NCBI GenBank assembly: GCA_964369115.1
Contig: CAYJED010000002.1
Location: 10,193 to 74,192, forward strand
DNA length: 64,000 bases
Source: an uncultured Candidatus Saccharibacteria bacterium
GTDB taxonomy: Bacteria > Patescibacteriota > Minisyncoccia > Phycocordibacterales > UBA5272
Direction: 5' to 3'
Below are positions 10,364 to 21,120 of this stretch, in pieces. Each line of letters begins with the position of its first letter. Positions within the stretch are counted from its first letter, which is position 1. The notes under the pieces are model-generated. The model was not told where the DNA came from. It ran no database searches and saw only the letters and a program-made list of their open reading frames with translations. A program made the position numbers and the translations under genes.

Positions 10364-11773
10364 GTGTATTGTCTTCCTATGCCTATGAAAAATCCGCTGA
10401 TCACTTTTTACAATACGAAAACAAGATCAAAAGATCTTTTTACTCCACTTACTGAGGGGGTTGTAAAAATCTATTCTTGTGGACCAACTGTTTATCACTA
10501 TGCTCACATTGGCAATCTACGAGCGTATGTCTTTGCCGACATTCTTCAGAGAACACTTAGAGCGCACAACTACAAAGTGGAGCACGTCATTAACATTACC
10601 GACGTTGGGCACCTTGTTGGGGACGGTGATGCAGGTATGGATAAGCTTGAAAAAGGTGCAGCACGCGAAGGAAAGACGGCATGGGAAATTGCATCTTTTT
10701 ATACAGACGCTTTTATGAATGACCTTGCATATCTTAATATTCCAAAAGAAAATTATTCTTTTCCAAAAGCAACAGATCATATCCCTGAACAAATCGCTCT
10801 CATTCAGACACTTGAACAAAAAGGATACACCTACAAAATTTCTGATGGCATTTATTTTGATACTTCAAAATATTTAAACTATGCAACGTTTGCCAAACTA
10901 AATCTTGAAGGACTTGCTCACGGGGCTCGTGTTACAGAAAATGAAGAGAAGAAAACTGCAACAGATTTTGCTCTATGGAAATTCTCAAACCAAGAAGAAA
11001 AGCGTCACATGGAGTGGAAATCTCCTTGGGGTAAAGGGTTTCCAGGCTGGCACATTGAATGTTCTGCAATGTCTATGAAATATCTTGGAGAAACGTTTGA
11101 TATTCATACTGGCGGTATTGACCACATTCCTGTACATCATACAAACGAAATCGCTCAAAGCGTCTGCGCAACAGGTCATCCATACGTGAACTACTGGATG
11201 CACGTTAACTTTTTAAATGACACTGAAGGGAAGATGTCTAAATCAAATGATGACTTCTTGACTCTTTGCTCTCTTATTAAAGATGGTTATGACCCTCTTG
11301 CTTATCGTTACTTTCTCCTTACAGCTCACTACAGAAAGGAGATATCCTTTTCCTATGAAGCTCTTGATGGGGCATCCATTGCTTACAAAAAGCTAAAAGA
11401 ATTTATAAGAGAGCACAAAAAGGATGATGGAGAAATTATAGAGCTCTACAAAGAAGAGATGCTTGAAGCACTCCGTAACGATCTTTCAACAGCAGAAGTT
11501 ATTGGAACTATCTGGAAAATGATCAGAGACACGACAATCGACGATAAAGATAAGGTGGCAACCATTCTTTACGTAGATACTATTCTTGGATTAAAGCTCT
11601 CACATCAAGAAAAACTACAAATTCCGGAGGAAGTGGAAATTCTTTTAGCTCAAAGAAAAAATGCAAAAGAAAACAAAGACTATCTTACCTGCGATCAGTT
11701 GCGAGAGAAAATTCACACTCTTGGTTTTACAGTAAAAGACACAAAAAACGGCCAAGAAATCGAACAGTTATAA
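10364..11773 (+). CDS. cysS: cysteinyl-tRNA synthetase
   Basis: [15 protein letters not shown] (HIGH region), KMSKS motif; start may be MKNPL at 10385. Confidence 0.9.
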   Translation: MYCLPMPMKNPLITFYNTKTRSKDLFTPLTEGVVKIYSCGPTVYHYAHIGNLRAYVFADILQRTLRAHNYKVEHVINITDVGHLVGDGDAGMDKLEKGAAREGKTAWEIASFYTDAFMNDLAYLNIPKENYSFPKATDHIPEQIALIQTLEQKGYTYKISDGIYFDTSKYLNYATFAKLNLEGLAHGARVTENEEKKTATDFALWKFSNQEEKRHMEWKSPWGKGFPGWHIECSAMSMKYLGETFDIHTGGIDHIPVHHTNEIAQSVCATGHPYVNYWMHVNFLNDTEGKMSKSNDDFLTLCSLIKDGYDPLAYRYFLLTAHYRKEISFSYEALDGASIAYKKLKEFIREHKKDDGEIIELYKEEMLEALRNDLSTAEVIGTIWKMIRDTTIDDKDKVATILYVDTILGLKLSHQEKLQIPEEVEILLAQRKNAKENKDYLTCDQLREKIHTLGFTVKDTKNGQEIEQL

Positions 11774-11863
11774 GGTTATCCCCAATATCCCCCTTTTTTT
11801 AGTACAAGATAACATAATTTAATTTGTGCAAGAGAGTGTGTCTTTAGTACAATTATTTCTATC

Positions 11864-13321
11864 ATGCTTCCACTTAGTCAACTTGCTGCCCCAAAAAAAT
11901 CACGACCAAAACGATCTTACGAACAGTACGAGAAAAAGGAAGACCCGCTTCGTGGACCGCGCATTCCACCTCAAGACCTAGAATCTGAGAAAGCGCTTCT
12001 TGGTTCACTACTCCTTTCCTCTGATGCGCTTTTTGATATTTCGGATATTGTAAACGCAAAAAGTTTTTACGCAGCAAAGCATCAGATTATTTATGAAGCG
12101 ATAGAGACACTTGTTAACAACAAAGAGCCTGTTGATCTTCTTACTGTTTCTGCAGCCTTACGTTCCGGAAAAGAATTTGAAGCAATCGGAGGGGCGCCGT
12201 ACCTTTCTGAACTCCTTGGCCTTGTTGGTTCTGCGGCAAATATAAAATACTATGCACAAATTATTCGTAAAAAAGAACTACTTCGACGTCTTATTGAGGC
12301 AAGTAGTCATATTATTGAAGAAGCTTACGATGAGGAGGATACTCTTGAGGCAGTTCTTGAGGAGGCAGAACGTAGTATCTATGAAATCACCACAAAAGGA
12401 GGCTCTTCTGATCGTCTTATTGCTTTCCAAGAAATGATCGACGAGACCTGGGCGCGTATTGAAAAAATGGCAGACAATGGTGGAGGAATGAGAGGAACAC
12501 CGAGTGGATTTAAAGATCTTGATACCAAACTCTCAGGCTTCCAGCCGTCTGATCTTATTATTTTAGCAGCACGTCCGTCTGTTGGTAAAACTTCTCTTGC
12601 ACTTGATTTTGCGCGTAATGCTGCAGTAAAACACGGCATTCCTGTTGCTATTTTTTCTCTTGAAATGAGTAAAGAGCAGCTTGTTGATCGTATGCTTTCC
12701 GCTCAATCACAAGTAGATAGCTGGAAACTTCGTACCGCAAAACTTTCACTTGATGAAGAATTTGAGCGCCTTCAGGCTGGTATGCATGAACTTATGCGTG
12801 CACCTATTTACGTTGATGATAAAGCTGCAAACAACATTCTTAACATGCGTAGTACATTGCGCCGTTTAAGCACAGATAAGCCGATTGGTCTTATCATCGT
12901 AGACTACCTTCAGCTCATGAGTACCTCAAAGAGTTACGACAGTATGGTAAACCAGGTTACTGAAATTTCACGATCTCTTAAAGGATTAGCCAAGGAATTT
13001 AACGCTCCTGTTATCGCACTTTCACAGCTTTCTCGTGCCGTTGAAGCTCGCGGTGGAAAACCTCGACTCTCTGACCTTCGTGACTCTGGATCTATCGAAC
13101 AAGATGCGGACGTTGTAATGTTTATTCATCGTGAAGATAAATACGGAACGGAACAAACTGACCGCAAAAATATTGTTGAAATACTTATTGAAAAGCATCG
13201 TAACGGCCCAACAGGAATGGTTGAACTTTACTTTGATGACAAGAAAACTTCTTTCGTTTCAATTGAAAAAAGTGAATTTGGTGACTTCTCATTACCTTCT
13301 GTTTCAATACCAGAATTCTAA
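11864..13321 (+). CDS. dnaB: replicative DNA helicase DnaB
   Basis: DnaB N-terminal domain (EKALLGSLLL), RecA-like C-terminal domain with Walker A ARPSVGKTSLAL. Confidence 0.9.
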   Translation: MLPLSQLAAPKKSRPKRSYEQYEKKEDPLRGPRIPPQDLESEKALLGSLLLSSDALFDISDIVNAKSFYAAKHQIIYEAIETLVNNKEPVDLLTVSAALRSGKEFEAIGGAPYLSELLGLVGSAANIKYYAQIIRKKELLRRLIEASSHIIEEAYDEEDTLEAVLEEAERSIYEITTKGGSSDRLIAFQEMIDETWARIEKMADNGGGMRGTPSGFKDLDTKLSGFQPSDLIILAARPSVGKTSLALDFARNAAVKHGIPVAIFSLEMSKEQLVDRMLSAQSQVDSWKLRTAKLSLDEEFERLQAGMHELMRAPIYVDDKAANNILNMRSTLRRLSTDKPIGLIIVDYLQLMSTSKSYDSMVNQVTEISRSLKGLAKEFNAPVIALSQLSRAVEARGGKPRLSDLRDSGSIEQDADVVMFIHREDKYGTEQTDRKNIVEILIEKHRNGPTGMVELYFDDKKTSFVSIEKSEFGDFSLPSVSIPEF

Positions 13322-13324
13322 GTC

Positions 13325-13948
13325 ATGAACCCAAGCGAACGTCTCACCGAACTCTTTATGCGTTTTCCGGGCATTGGCCCAAAACAAGCTAAACGCTTTG
13401 TTTATTTTCTTTTGCGTGAACGAGCTGAGTACAAACTTGATCTTATTAAAACGCTTGAGGAATTAAAGTACACAGGTAAGCAGTGTGAACAGTGTTTTCG
13501 CTATTACGGTGACAAACGAGCTCAGGAAACATCGCTTTGTGACATTTGCGCTTCATCTACTCGAGAAAAAAATATGCTCATGATTGTAGAAAAAGAGCTT
13601 GATCTTGATGCCATTGAAAAAACAGGCAGTTATAATGGTCTTTATTTTATTTTAGGAGGTCTCGTTCCCCCGCTTACAGAAAAACCTTCAGAAATTATAC
13701 GTATTCGCGAACTTGTATCTCACATTCACACAGGAATCAAAGATCAGTCTATTCAAGAAATTATTTTTGCGCTCCCTGTAACAGACTACGGAGACACAAC
13801 AACAGAATATGTAGAAAAGACGGTGTGCCAAATTGTTGGGATTGATAGCGTTAAACTGTCCCACCTTGCTCGAGGTCTTTCAAGTGGGCTTGAAATTGAA
13901 TACATAGATAAAGATACCTTTAAGCAAGCTTTGCTACGTAGAATATGA
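13325..13948 (+). CDS. recR: recombination protein RecR
   Basis: FMRFPGIGPKQAKR HhH motif, C4 zinc finger, Toprim region. Confidence 0.9.
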   Translation: MNPSERLTELFMRFPGIGPKQAKRFVYFLLRERAEYKLDLIKTLEELKYTGKQCEQCFRYYGDKRAQETSLCDICASSTREKNMLMIVEKELDLDAIEKTGSYNGLYFILGGLVPPLTEKPSEIIRIRELVSHIHTGIKDQSIQEIIFALPVTDYGDTTTEYVEKTVCQIVGIDSVKLSHLARGLSSGLEIEYIDKDTFKQALLRRI

Positions 13949-13977
13949 AAAACGCAGTCACATCGACTGCGTTTTTT
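13948..13977 (+). terminator. bidirectional rho-independent terminator
   Basis: aacgcagtc-acat-cgactgcgtt hairpin then tttttt. Confidence 0.7.
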
Positions 13978-13986
13978 CTGCTACTT

Positions 13987-14427
13987 TTATGAGTAGCTAG
14001 AGTAAGAAGGAACACGTATTTCTTGAACAATCGAAGTTATCCACAAAACAGTAAGAACTGCCGTCAGGGTAAGCATCGATAAAATCAAAAATTCAGGGAA
14101 TGCGGAGAAGATAGCCGCAACAAGAATATTTGAACACATGCTTGCAAAGACACACATCGTCGAAACGAGCATACTAAACAAAACAAGCTCAAGGTGTTGT
14201 GGTTCTTTTTTGTTCTTGGCGATTGCCGCTGAAACGAGGAAGAAGAAAAACATGATGACACTGAGGAAGTACATCTGGAAGGTTGTTGCGACGGTTTCTT
14301 CGTAAAAGAAAACTCCTTTCTCAAATGACATTGCTGATGTTGCGATGGAAACCGTTGCCATGACGATCGCCATCTTTTCCAGAACTTCTTGCACGGTGAA
14401 AGCTTGTAGCTTTTTCAAAAAAATCAC
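13987..14427 (-). CDS. hypothetical membrane protein
   Basis: 146 aa, 4 TM helices. Confidence 0.4.
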   Translation of the reverse strand: MIFLKKLQAFTVQEVLEKMAIVMATVSIATSAMSFEKGVFFYEETVATTFQMYFLSVIMFFFFLVSAAIAKNKKEPQHLELVLFSMLVSTMCVFASMCSNILVAAIFSAFPEFLILSMLTLTAVLTVLWITSIVQEIRVPSYSSYS

Positions 14428-14522
14428 TAACTACTCCTTGTAGGTGTTATAAAAAGAACAATTCCTCTTCCAAAAAAAATTAGAAAGAGGAATGCACATG
14501 GTAACAAAGAATACCCAAGAAG

Positions 14523-14558
14523 TCAAAAGCGCTCCTTGCGGAGCGCTTTTGTTTTTTT
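14523..14558 (-). terminator. bidirectional hairpin terminator downstream of rplU
   Basis: aaagcgctcc-ttgc-ggagcgcttt hairpin followed by T-run. Confidence 0.6.
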
Positions 14559-14560
14559 GA

Positions 14561-14908
14561 TTACTTAATTGAATCAATCTTGAGACTCATGAAAGGCTGT
14601 CGGTGACCATTTTTCTTATGGTAACGTGACTTTGGTCGGTAACGAACAACGAGCACCTTATCAAGACGACTTGATTCAGTAATTGTTGCTTTCACCTCTG
14701 CACCTTTAATAAAAGGAGCTCCAAGTGTAGTAACTTTACCGTCGTCCTTAAGAACAACAGCATCGATAGTTACACTGTCTCCAACTTTAAGATCTCCAGA
14801 AAGCTTTTCTACAGCAATTTCATCGCCAACGGCAACTTTATACTGCTTTCCTCCTGTTTGAATAACTGCAAATGACATAGTTTCAGTATTATACAGTATT
14901 TTGACCAA
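14561..14908 (-). CDS. rplU: 50S ribosomal protein L21
   Basis: MSFAVIQTGGKQYKVAVGDEIAVEKL matches L21 N-terminus; start probably internal Met. Confidence 0.8.
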   Translation of the reverse strand: MVKILYNTETMSFAVIQTGGKQYKVAVGDEIAVEKLSGDLKVGDSVTIDAVVLKDDGKVTTLGAPFIKGAEVKATITESSRLDKVLVVRYRPKSRYHKKNGHRQPFMSLKIDSIK

Positions 14909-15400
14909 CTATGCAAGAACTCTTGATAGTTGAGCGACATGTAGTTGTTTTTGGTATTGCTCTAATAAAATAAGGTCTTTTTTGTCTTTTTCACGATTGA
15001 ATCGATGTTTTATTACTTGTATATCAGAAATACTCACGAAAGGAATACCTTCAATATATTCAACAGGAGAAAATACACGAGTAAATTCTTCAAAAAATCC
15101 AACATTAAGGAAATAATCAAATGCTTCAATTTTCCCTTGTGAAAAACGACGACATACGTTGTTTTGACCACTTATCACCTCTTCCTTAAATCCATTTTTA
15201 AGAAGTATTTTTCGTAAAGAGGGATGAATAAGGAGATCAATATCACCAGAATTACGTATTCCACGAGCACAGAGCGATGCCCCTATAAGCACAACATACG
15301 AGTCTTTTGGTAAATTAAGCTTCTTAAGCAGGGTGATCATTTCATTTTTTGCTATAGAGATAATGCTAAAAATAGTGCGTATATAGTGGGGTATATACAT
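14909..15400 (-). CDS. nucleotidyltransferase-domain protein
   Basis: GASLCARGIRNSGDIDLLI fits minimal NTase GS-X10-DxD motif; likely starts at MITLLKK. Confidence 0.45.
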   Translation of the reverse strand: MYIPHYIRTIFSIISIAKNEMITLLKKLNLPKDSYVVLIGASLCARGIRNSGDIDLLIHPSLRKILLKNGFKEEVISGQNNVCRRFSQGKIEAFDYFLNVGFFEEFTRVFSPVEYIEGIPFVSISDIQVIKHRFNREKDKKDLILLEQYQKQLHVAQLSRVLA

Positions 15401-15466
15401 AGTGTATACAAGAAAAACTTTTTTAACTATACCCCTTGCATTGTATGGAATAGTGATTTATAATTA

Positions 15467-15492
15467 TAAATATTGATAATTATCAATATTTA
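15467..15492. promoter_or_regulatory. perfect 26-bp palindrome in divergent promoter region, candidate operator
   Basis: taaatattgataa|ttatcaatattta upstream of nitroreductase/ArsR genes. Confidence 0.3.
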
Positions 15493-15514
15493 AATATATC
15501 TATTTTAAAATTAT

Positions 15515-16150
15515 ATGACACAACACATTATTGATACCCTACATTTTCGTTACGCAGTAAAGCAATTTATTAAAGATAAAAAAGTGGACGATACGACACT
15601 TTCAACTATCCTAGAAGCAGGAAGAATGGCACCTACCGCATACGGACTACAACCGTTTACTCTTATTCACGTTAAAGATACAGACCTTCGACAAAAAATT
15701 CGTGAAGCCGCTTTTAATCAGCCTCAAGTAACTGATGCTGGAGATGTATTTGTGATCGCAAGAAGAACAGACATTAACGATGCTTTTGTTGACGAATATG
15801 TAGCCCGCACAGCACAAGTACGTGAAGTTTCAATAGAAGATCTTAAAGGTTTTAGTGAGATGATGAAAGGAGATATTCTTTCACGTGACGAAAATGCTAA
15901 AGCATCATGGGCAGGGCGTCAGGCGTATATCGCACTTGGAATGATGGTAGAGACAGCAGCACTTCTTAAGGTTGACGCCGCATCGATGGAAGGCTTTATT
16001 CCTTCTCAGATAGATGAAATCCTTAACCTTAAAGAGCACAACCTTGCAAGTCTTGGTCTTTTTGCTGTTGGCTACAGAGATGAAAGCGATGCCCATGCAA
16101 CACTTACAAAAGTTCGCAGATCAAAGGAGGACCTTATCCTTGTTCGGTAA
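15515..16150 (+). CDS. nitroreductase family NAD(P)H-flavin oxidoreductase
   Basis: HFRYAVKQF...LEAGRMAPTAYGLQPF nitroreductase fold signature. Confidence 0.8.
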   Translation: MTQHIIDTLHFRYAVKQFIKDKKVDDTTLSTILEAGRMAPTAYGLQPFTLIHVKDTDLRQKIREAAFNQPQVTDAGDVFVIARRTDINDAFVDEYVARTAQVREVSIEDLKGFSEMMKGDILSRDENAKASWAGRQAYIALGMMVETAALLKVDAASMEGFIPSQIDEILNLKEHNLASLGLFAVGYRDESDAHATLTKVRRSKEDLILVR

Positions 16151-16175
16151 TTTTGCTATACTTAAGCTATAGTAT

Positions 16176-16448
16176 TTGAGAACTATGGAAAAAACACAGG
16201 CAATATTCAAAGCTCTTTCCGATGAAACACGACTTTCTATCGTGCTTTTCCTTCGCGATGTTAAAAAAGCTTCATGTAAAGATATTTCTGAAAAATTTCC
16301 AGAGCTTTCTCAACCAACAATGAGCCACCACTTCAAAATCCTTAAAGAATCAGGAGTCTTAGATGTTAAGAAAAAAGGTACAGAGCATACGTATACCTTA
16401 AATATTCAAGACCTTAAAAAATGTGGGATTGATGTGGTAAAGCTATAA
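16176..16448 (+). CDS. ArsR/SmtB-family transcriptional regulator
   Basis: LSDETRLSIVLFL...SQPTMSHHFKILKESGVL winged HTH. Confidence 0.75.
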   Translation: MRTMEKTQAIFKALSDETRLSIVLFLRDVKKASCKDISEKFPELSQPTMSHHFKILKESGVLDVKKKGTEHTYTLNIQDLKKCGIDVVKL

Positions 16449-16477
16449 AAATTCATTTACCCTCCTTACACCGATCA

Positions 16478-16849
16478 TTGACTAAAGTAAAAAAGTGCTA
16501 CAGAATAACCTGCAGATGTTCACTTTTAAGCGAAGGAAACATGATGTGTGAAGAAAAAGCCAAGAAAGAGCGCTCTAAGCGGCAACTAGCGCTTACCCGA
16601 AAAAAACTCCTCCATGCCGCAACACTTCTTGAAGAAGCGTCTTTATGTCTAGAACTTTTGCAAGCTTCGTTAGAAAAAGAACCTGACTACAAACATAAAG
16701 ATGTCATTGTAGGCATTGCACGCTCACTACGAGAAACCTGTGGCAGGGAAAGCCTTGCCCTTTCTCGTCTAGTGAAACCTGTGAATGCTCTTGAGCTGCA
16801 AATACTAAAAGAACCTCGTCTTTCATTGGTGAAAAATAATGCAACATAA
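16478..16849 (+). CDS. hypothetical protein
   Basis: ORF with coiled-coil-like content; start probably internal Met; slightly elevated GC. Confidence 0.3.
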   Translation: MTKVKKCYRITCRCSLLSEGNMMCEEKAKKERSKRQLALTRKKLLHAATLLEEASLCLELLQASLEKEPDYKHKDVIVGIARSLRETCGRESLALSRLVKPVNALELQILKEPRLSLVKNNAT

Positions 16850-17243
16850 AGGAAGGGCGCGTATGCAAACATATATACTGTTTGTAAGAGAGCGGTTTCA
16901 AGGGGAATCAAATGTGCCCGACGTAGAGTACGGGCTATTAAGGTACAGCAATAATCTGTTTGCGCCGATCATCCTACAAGAAAGCGATCTATACCAGCGA
17001 CTGTCTGCCTGTTTACAAAAAGGCGCTACATACGCAATTAAAGATCACTTTCATGAAGATGCTTTAGCGGTATTCCTTCCTGAGTCAATAGCCTATCGAT
17101 GTGAAGGAAGGTTTTGGTGGCAGACAAGGTGTGGCTTGTACCTTTTCTACCATAACACTGCTTCTAGAATTCTTTTTCCAGAAACAACACTTATCATGAA
17201 GGACGTCTTTGATGTCTTTAGAAAAAAGAAAGGAGTACTGTAG
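16839..17243 (+). CDS. hypothetical protein
   Basis: 134 aa ORF, no family recognised. Confidence 0.3.
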   Translation: MQHKGRARMQTYILFVRERFQGESNVPDVEYGLLRYSNNLFAPIILQESDLYQRLSACLQKGATYAIKDHFHEDALAVFLPESIAYRCEGRFWWQTRCGLYLFYHNTASRILFPETTLIMKDVFDVFRKKKGVL

Positions 17244-17306
17244 CGTGTTCTTGTAAAAGGATACGCTACTTTTGTTGTATAAGAAGAGTATGTATCTACT
17301 GAACCC

Positions 17307-18227
17307 CTATACCCCGATGGAATTAATTAACTTCAAGAAAGTAAACTCCGTTTCTGGAGTAATTGCTTCAAAAAAAGTTTTCATATTATTATCCATCATC
17401 CCGTCTTCAAGATAATGCTTTCTAGCATATTCCAAGTGCTGTGGAGTAAATTTTTCATCTCCTTTCATACCAAAATATGACTTAAGCTGTGACATACGTT
17501 CAATTAATTCATGTGGTGATTTAAAATTAAAAAGATACTCTCTTGCTGAATCAATAACTTGCTGATCAGTAGATTCTGCAGGCCTATCAGGTAAATAATT
17601 ATTTGGACTAATCTTACTTACATCAAATGCTCTAGAAAACTTTTCTTCCAGAAAACCAGAGCCTCTTAACACTCTAAAAACATGTCCTTTTTCATGAGAT
17701 TCTATAATAGACATATTTCTAATCTCATTTTCAGATAACGGTACAGAACTATTTCTTTTAACTCCTATTCTGACTGTTCTGTTGTTAGGGTTAGTTATAT
17801 CAGCAGATTGATCTACAGCGGTTCCAACTGATTCATCGGGTTCAGCCTGAAAATCAACCTGAGTAAAATGCTGTTCTCTTTCCAGCGCTTCACGTATAGA
17901 CGCTTCTATTTCCTTTTTTGATTTTGGAATATATACATCTGGAACTCTTTCAAATATCGGTATACCAATATCATCGGTAAGTATTTCGCCGTGCTGATCT
18001 TTTTTAAGAACTTCTTTTGTGGGAGGATGAGCCTGTATCCATCGTTCGTTTTCTTCAATAAGATCAAGTAATTGAGACCTAATCACAGGATTATTAAGTC
18101 TAGAAAAAACAAGCTCAGAATAATTACCTTTATAATTTGCTTGATTTTCAATAGGAATACTATTTTCACTCTTTAAAAAAAGAGGTTCGCTAGAAAAGGT
18201 ATTACTCTCTGGAGTTAACATCTGCAT
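17307..18227 (-). CDS. hypothetical protein with HExxH (HEKGH) putative zinc-metallopeptidase motif
   Basis: SIIESHEKGHVF motif; sits directly downstream of tRNA-Asp-linked repeat. Confidence 0.5.
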   Translation of the reverse strand: MQMLTPESNTFSSEPLFLKSENSIPIENQANYKGNYSELVFSRLNNPVIRSQLLDLIEENERWIQAHPPTKEVLKKDQHGEILTDDIGIPIFERVPDVYIPKSKKEIEASIREALEREQHFTQVDFQAEPDESVGTAVDQSADITNPNNRTVRIGVKRNSSVPLSENEIRNMSIIESHEKGHVFRVLRGSGFLEEKFSRAFDVSKISPNNYLPDRPAESTDQQVIDSAREYLFNFKSPHELIERMSQLKSYFGMKGDEKFTPQHLEYARKHYLEDGMMDNNMKTFFEAITPETEFTFLKLINSIGV

Positions 18228-18261
18228 AAGTAGATAGGAAAATTAAAAACATTAAAGTAGA

Positions 18262-18399
18262 CAGTATTTGGTAACAAAAGCACTCGAGACGCTCTCGCGA
18301 CCCCTATTCAAATCCCAACGCACATGAAGCAGTTCATGTGCTTCTACTCTGTACAGAAATCAAAATACCAGGGCAAGAAGCCTTGGTATTTTGATTTTG
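18262..18399 (-). repeat. tRNA-3'-flank structured repeat, copy C (terminator hairpin + conserved core CGCGACCCCTATTCAAATCCC + GGTAACAAAAG)
   Basis: Shares conserved core with copies at 21121-21285, 60566-60773, 61389-61559; contains inverted copy of tRNA-Asp T-loop/T-stem (GGGATTTGAA). Confidence 0.7.
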
Positions 18400-18473
18400 C
18401 GCAGTGAATGGGATTTGAACCCACGACCCCCGCCGTGACAGGGCGGTGCTCTAACCAGCTGAGCTACCACTGC
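18400..18473 (-). tRNA. tRNA-Asp (anticodon GTC)
   Basis: Manual cloverleaf: GCAGTGG acceptor, CCGCC/GGCGG anticodon stem, loop CTGTCAC, T-loop TTCAAAT, discriminator G. Confidence 0.85.
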
Positions 18474-18718
18474 ATATGTTTATGTTTTATGACAAGAGCT
18501 TTGTTTTATTTTGTGCCCCCTGTCGCACCGCGGTGCTCGCTATTTTTTTTCGGAGTAAACTCCTATGAGCTGAGCTACCGCTGCAATTACTTATATTATA
18601 CCACAAATACTTTATATTTCAAATCCACTAAAATACCAAAAGAATCTACATTTAGACATGGTACACTATTTGCTATTGTCGCATTTTCACTACTAACTAA
18701 TAACGAATAACGATTCTT

Positions 18719-19945
18719 ATGGCAAAAGCATTTTCAGCAAAACAGTACTTTAAAAAAATTTACGCCCCAGACCTTATTGTTGAATTGTATAAGCGACACA
18801 ATATTGTTGCTCTTTTTGAAATAACAGAACAGACTCCTCGTAAAAATGCTGTGGGAATTTTTACTGATTTTTATAGCAGTCTTTCACCTGAAGAGAAGAT
18901 ACTCGTAGATGAAGATCTGGCACTTGTAGCAAGCGTCTCAACACAATACGCACCATCACTGTGTATCAACCTTCTTAAGAAAAAAGGCATCCCGCATGAA
19001 GTAACACAAATTGAATGTACCTCAGATCACGATAAAACAATGTACTACTATCTTTTTCATAAAGATATTTTTGATGAAATGTTTTTCTTCCATGATTTCT
19101 ATACCAGTAAAGGCTACATGCGCTACGAAGCAAAGAAGGTTGATCTCGAGGCCGCATCGTTTGCCACAACTGAACTTACAAAAGAATTTACAAGAATTGT
19201 AAATAAAGACGAAAATCAAACAGAATGTTCAGTAAACCATAACGTATTAGAAAACATCCTCTATGTAACAGCTCAGTTTTCAAGTGGAAAAGAAATAGTT
19301 ACGGAGCAAGATAAAGAAACGCTTACAATGCGCCCTGTTACAAAAAAGAAAGAGGAGAAGATTCACATCGCCTATCTTCCAGAAGACGAGGAAGTGCTCA
19401 TTAAATACACTGGAGGAAACTATGAGAAACTTATATTCCTCGATACATTTTTACGCATTGTATGTAAAAGTGGCTACGAAGCAAAAGAAGAATCCTATTC
19501 CCTTACATCATTTTCTCGTGATGATTTTGATATAGCAAAAACAAACAAAGGTGTACCACTCATGACCTGGAAAGTTAAAGGGGTGAGTATTTCTTTTGGA
19601 CAAGATAAAGCAAAGAAAAAAATTAAATTCACTATCCCAAGTAGTATGCACGAAAGTGGCATGACCCCTTTACTTACTACACTTCGTGATATTGGAATAG
19701 AAAAAGCATACAAGGAAGCATCGATTGATTCAGTTATTCTTGGTATGACATTTGTAAACAAAGACAAACCAGAAAAGAGTATCCCGCTTAACGTTACCGT
19801 AAGTCGTTCAAAGTCTTCTCTCTGCTCGCTCTTTACTTATGACCGCTACGCACGAAGCCTTCTTAAAGAAGCCGGCATTGATAATGGTTTTGTAGAAGCA
19901 GTAAAAAAAGAAAAAGACAACATGGAAAAGAAGTGGGAGATGTAA
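18719..19945 (+). CDS. hypothetical protein (408 aa)
   Basis: Long ORF, no recognisable domains; in islet bracketed by tRNA-linked repeats. Confidence 0.5.
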   Translation: MAKAFSAKQYFKKIYAPDLIVELYKRHNIVALFEITEQTPRKNAVGIFTDFYSSLSPEEKILVDEDLALVASVSTQYAPSLCINLLKKKGIPHEVTQIECTSDHDKTMYYYLFHKDIFDEMFFFHDFYTSKGYMRYEAKKVDLEAASFATTELTKEFTRIVNKDENQTECSVNHNVLENILYVTAQFSSGKEIVTEQDKETLTMRPVTKKKEEKIHIAYLPEDEEVLIKYTGGNYEKLIFLDTFLRIVCKSGYEAKEESYSLTSFSRDDFDIAKTNKGVPLMTWKVKGVSISFGQDKAKKKIKFTIPSSMHESGMTPLLTTLRDIGIEKAYKEASIDSVILGMTFVNKDKPEKSIPLNVTVSRSKSSLCSLFTYDRYARSLLKEAGIDNGFVEAVKKEKDNMEKKWEM

Positions 19946-19989
19946 GATACAAGAAAAGCAGTCCTGTGGACTGCTTTTCTTTTACAAAG

Positions 19990-21039
19990 TTAAATTATGT
20001 ATGAATGACGAAGCTTTGTTTTAAGTTCTGCTTCATTACAATCTATAGCACGGTCTGGAAGATCATTAATAAGGTCTATCTCTTGTTGATTAAATTTATT
20101 TCTATGTGAAGCAATAAGATGTAATACAATCGAATCAACAACATAACTTTTACCAGAAACACCTTGTAGTTTATAACCAACATTACGTTCAAGAGGCATT
20201 CCGCAACCACAGCTATGATAAATAATACCTCTATATCCTGGAGGCGGGAGACCGTACTCACTTTGCACTTTAATTTTCTCTCCTGTTTTACAAGCTGCCC
20301 ACACATCTTTAGTCGCATCATCGACAATTAATGTTGCCTCACCACTGCGAGCCATCCAGTTAAACCAAAGAGATGGTTCTTTTTCCATGGATTCTATAGC
20401 TTCAGAGCCCTCTGTAACACCAAATAATTCATTCAGGGTATTTCGTATATAATCAGAACTTAAATTAAAAGGAATACTCATTCTATCAGCATCCTTTTTA
20501 ATAACATCGATCCAATAGTAAATTTGATTGAACGAAGATTTAATTTCATTAGCAGAATCATTATTTGGTTTTTTACAATAATCTATAATTTTAGGCAAAA
20601 TTATATTAAAAAAATTTCTAATAATATTACCTGGCGGCTTATCTGGCGGATAAGGTAAATCCAATAGCGCCCTATCATTAAAGGCATTAATAAAATTATC
20701 AATAAATCCATTCATTTTATTGATTGTTAAAGAAAGTTGTTCATCTGTTTCGCTACTTACTTTAATATAATCAGGTGACCGTGGTAACACTGCTTCGGTA
20801 CTATATTTTTTATCTTTACAGAGATCGTTATATTCATCTCTTGCTTGAGATACAGACTGATATACTTGTGATAAACTCGTATCCACGTAGAAACTGCGGC
20901 CTATCTGAATAAATTCATCCATGTAACTAACGGACGCTAAAGGCTCATGAAGATGTGGCGACTGTTTGCTTTCTTCTTTTTGAACTTCTCCTTCAGATTG
21001 ATTTGTGAACAACTTTGATGCATCATTACTAGGTTCCAT
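19990..21039 (-). CDS. hypothetical protein (349 aa)
   Basis: Long ORF, convergent with previous; C-terminal YHSCGCG motif; no family recognised. Confidence 0.5.
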   Translation of the reverse strand: MEPSNDASKLFTNQSEGEVQKEESKQSPHLHEPLASVSYMDEFIQIGRSFYVDTSLSQVYQSVSQARDEYNDLCKDKKYSTEAVLPRSPDYIKVSSETDEQLSLTINKMNGFIDNFINAFNDRALLDLPYPPDKPPGNIIRNFFNIILPKIIDYCKKPNNDSANEIKSSFNQIYYWIDVIKKDADRMSIPFNLSSDYIRNTLNELFGVTEGSEAIESMEKEPSLWFNWMARSGEATLIVDDATKDVWAACKTGEKIKVQSEYGLPPPGYRGIIYHSCGCGMPLERNVGYKLQGVSGKSYVVDSIVLHLIASHRNKFNQQEIDLINDLPDRAIDCNEAELKTKLRHSYII

Positions 21040-21120
21040 AAATTTATTTTTTTACTATAAATAAAGTATATATATATACGGCGTGTAAAGCAATTTAAAA
21101 CAGCACTAGTTAGTGCTGTT

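Noticed and set aside
18408-18710. 100-aa + strand ORF
   Set aside because: It overlaps tRNA-Asp and its repeat element on the opposite strand, and the low-complexity translation looks like a chance ORF.
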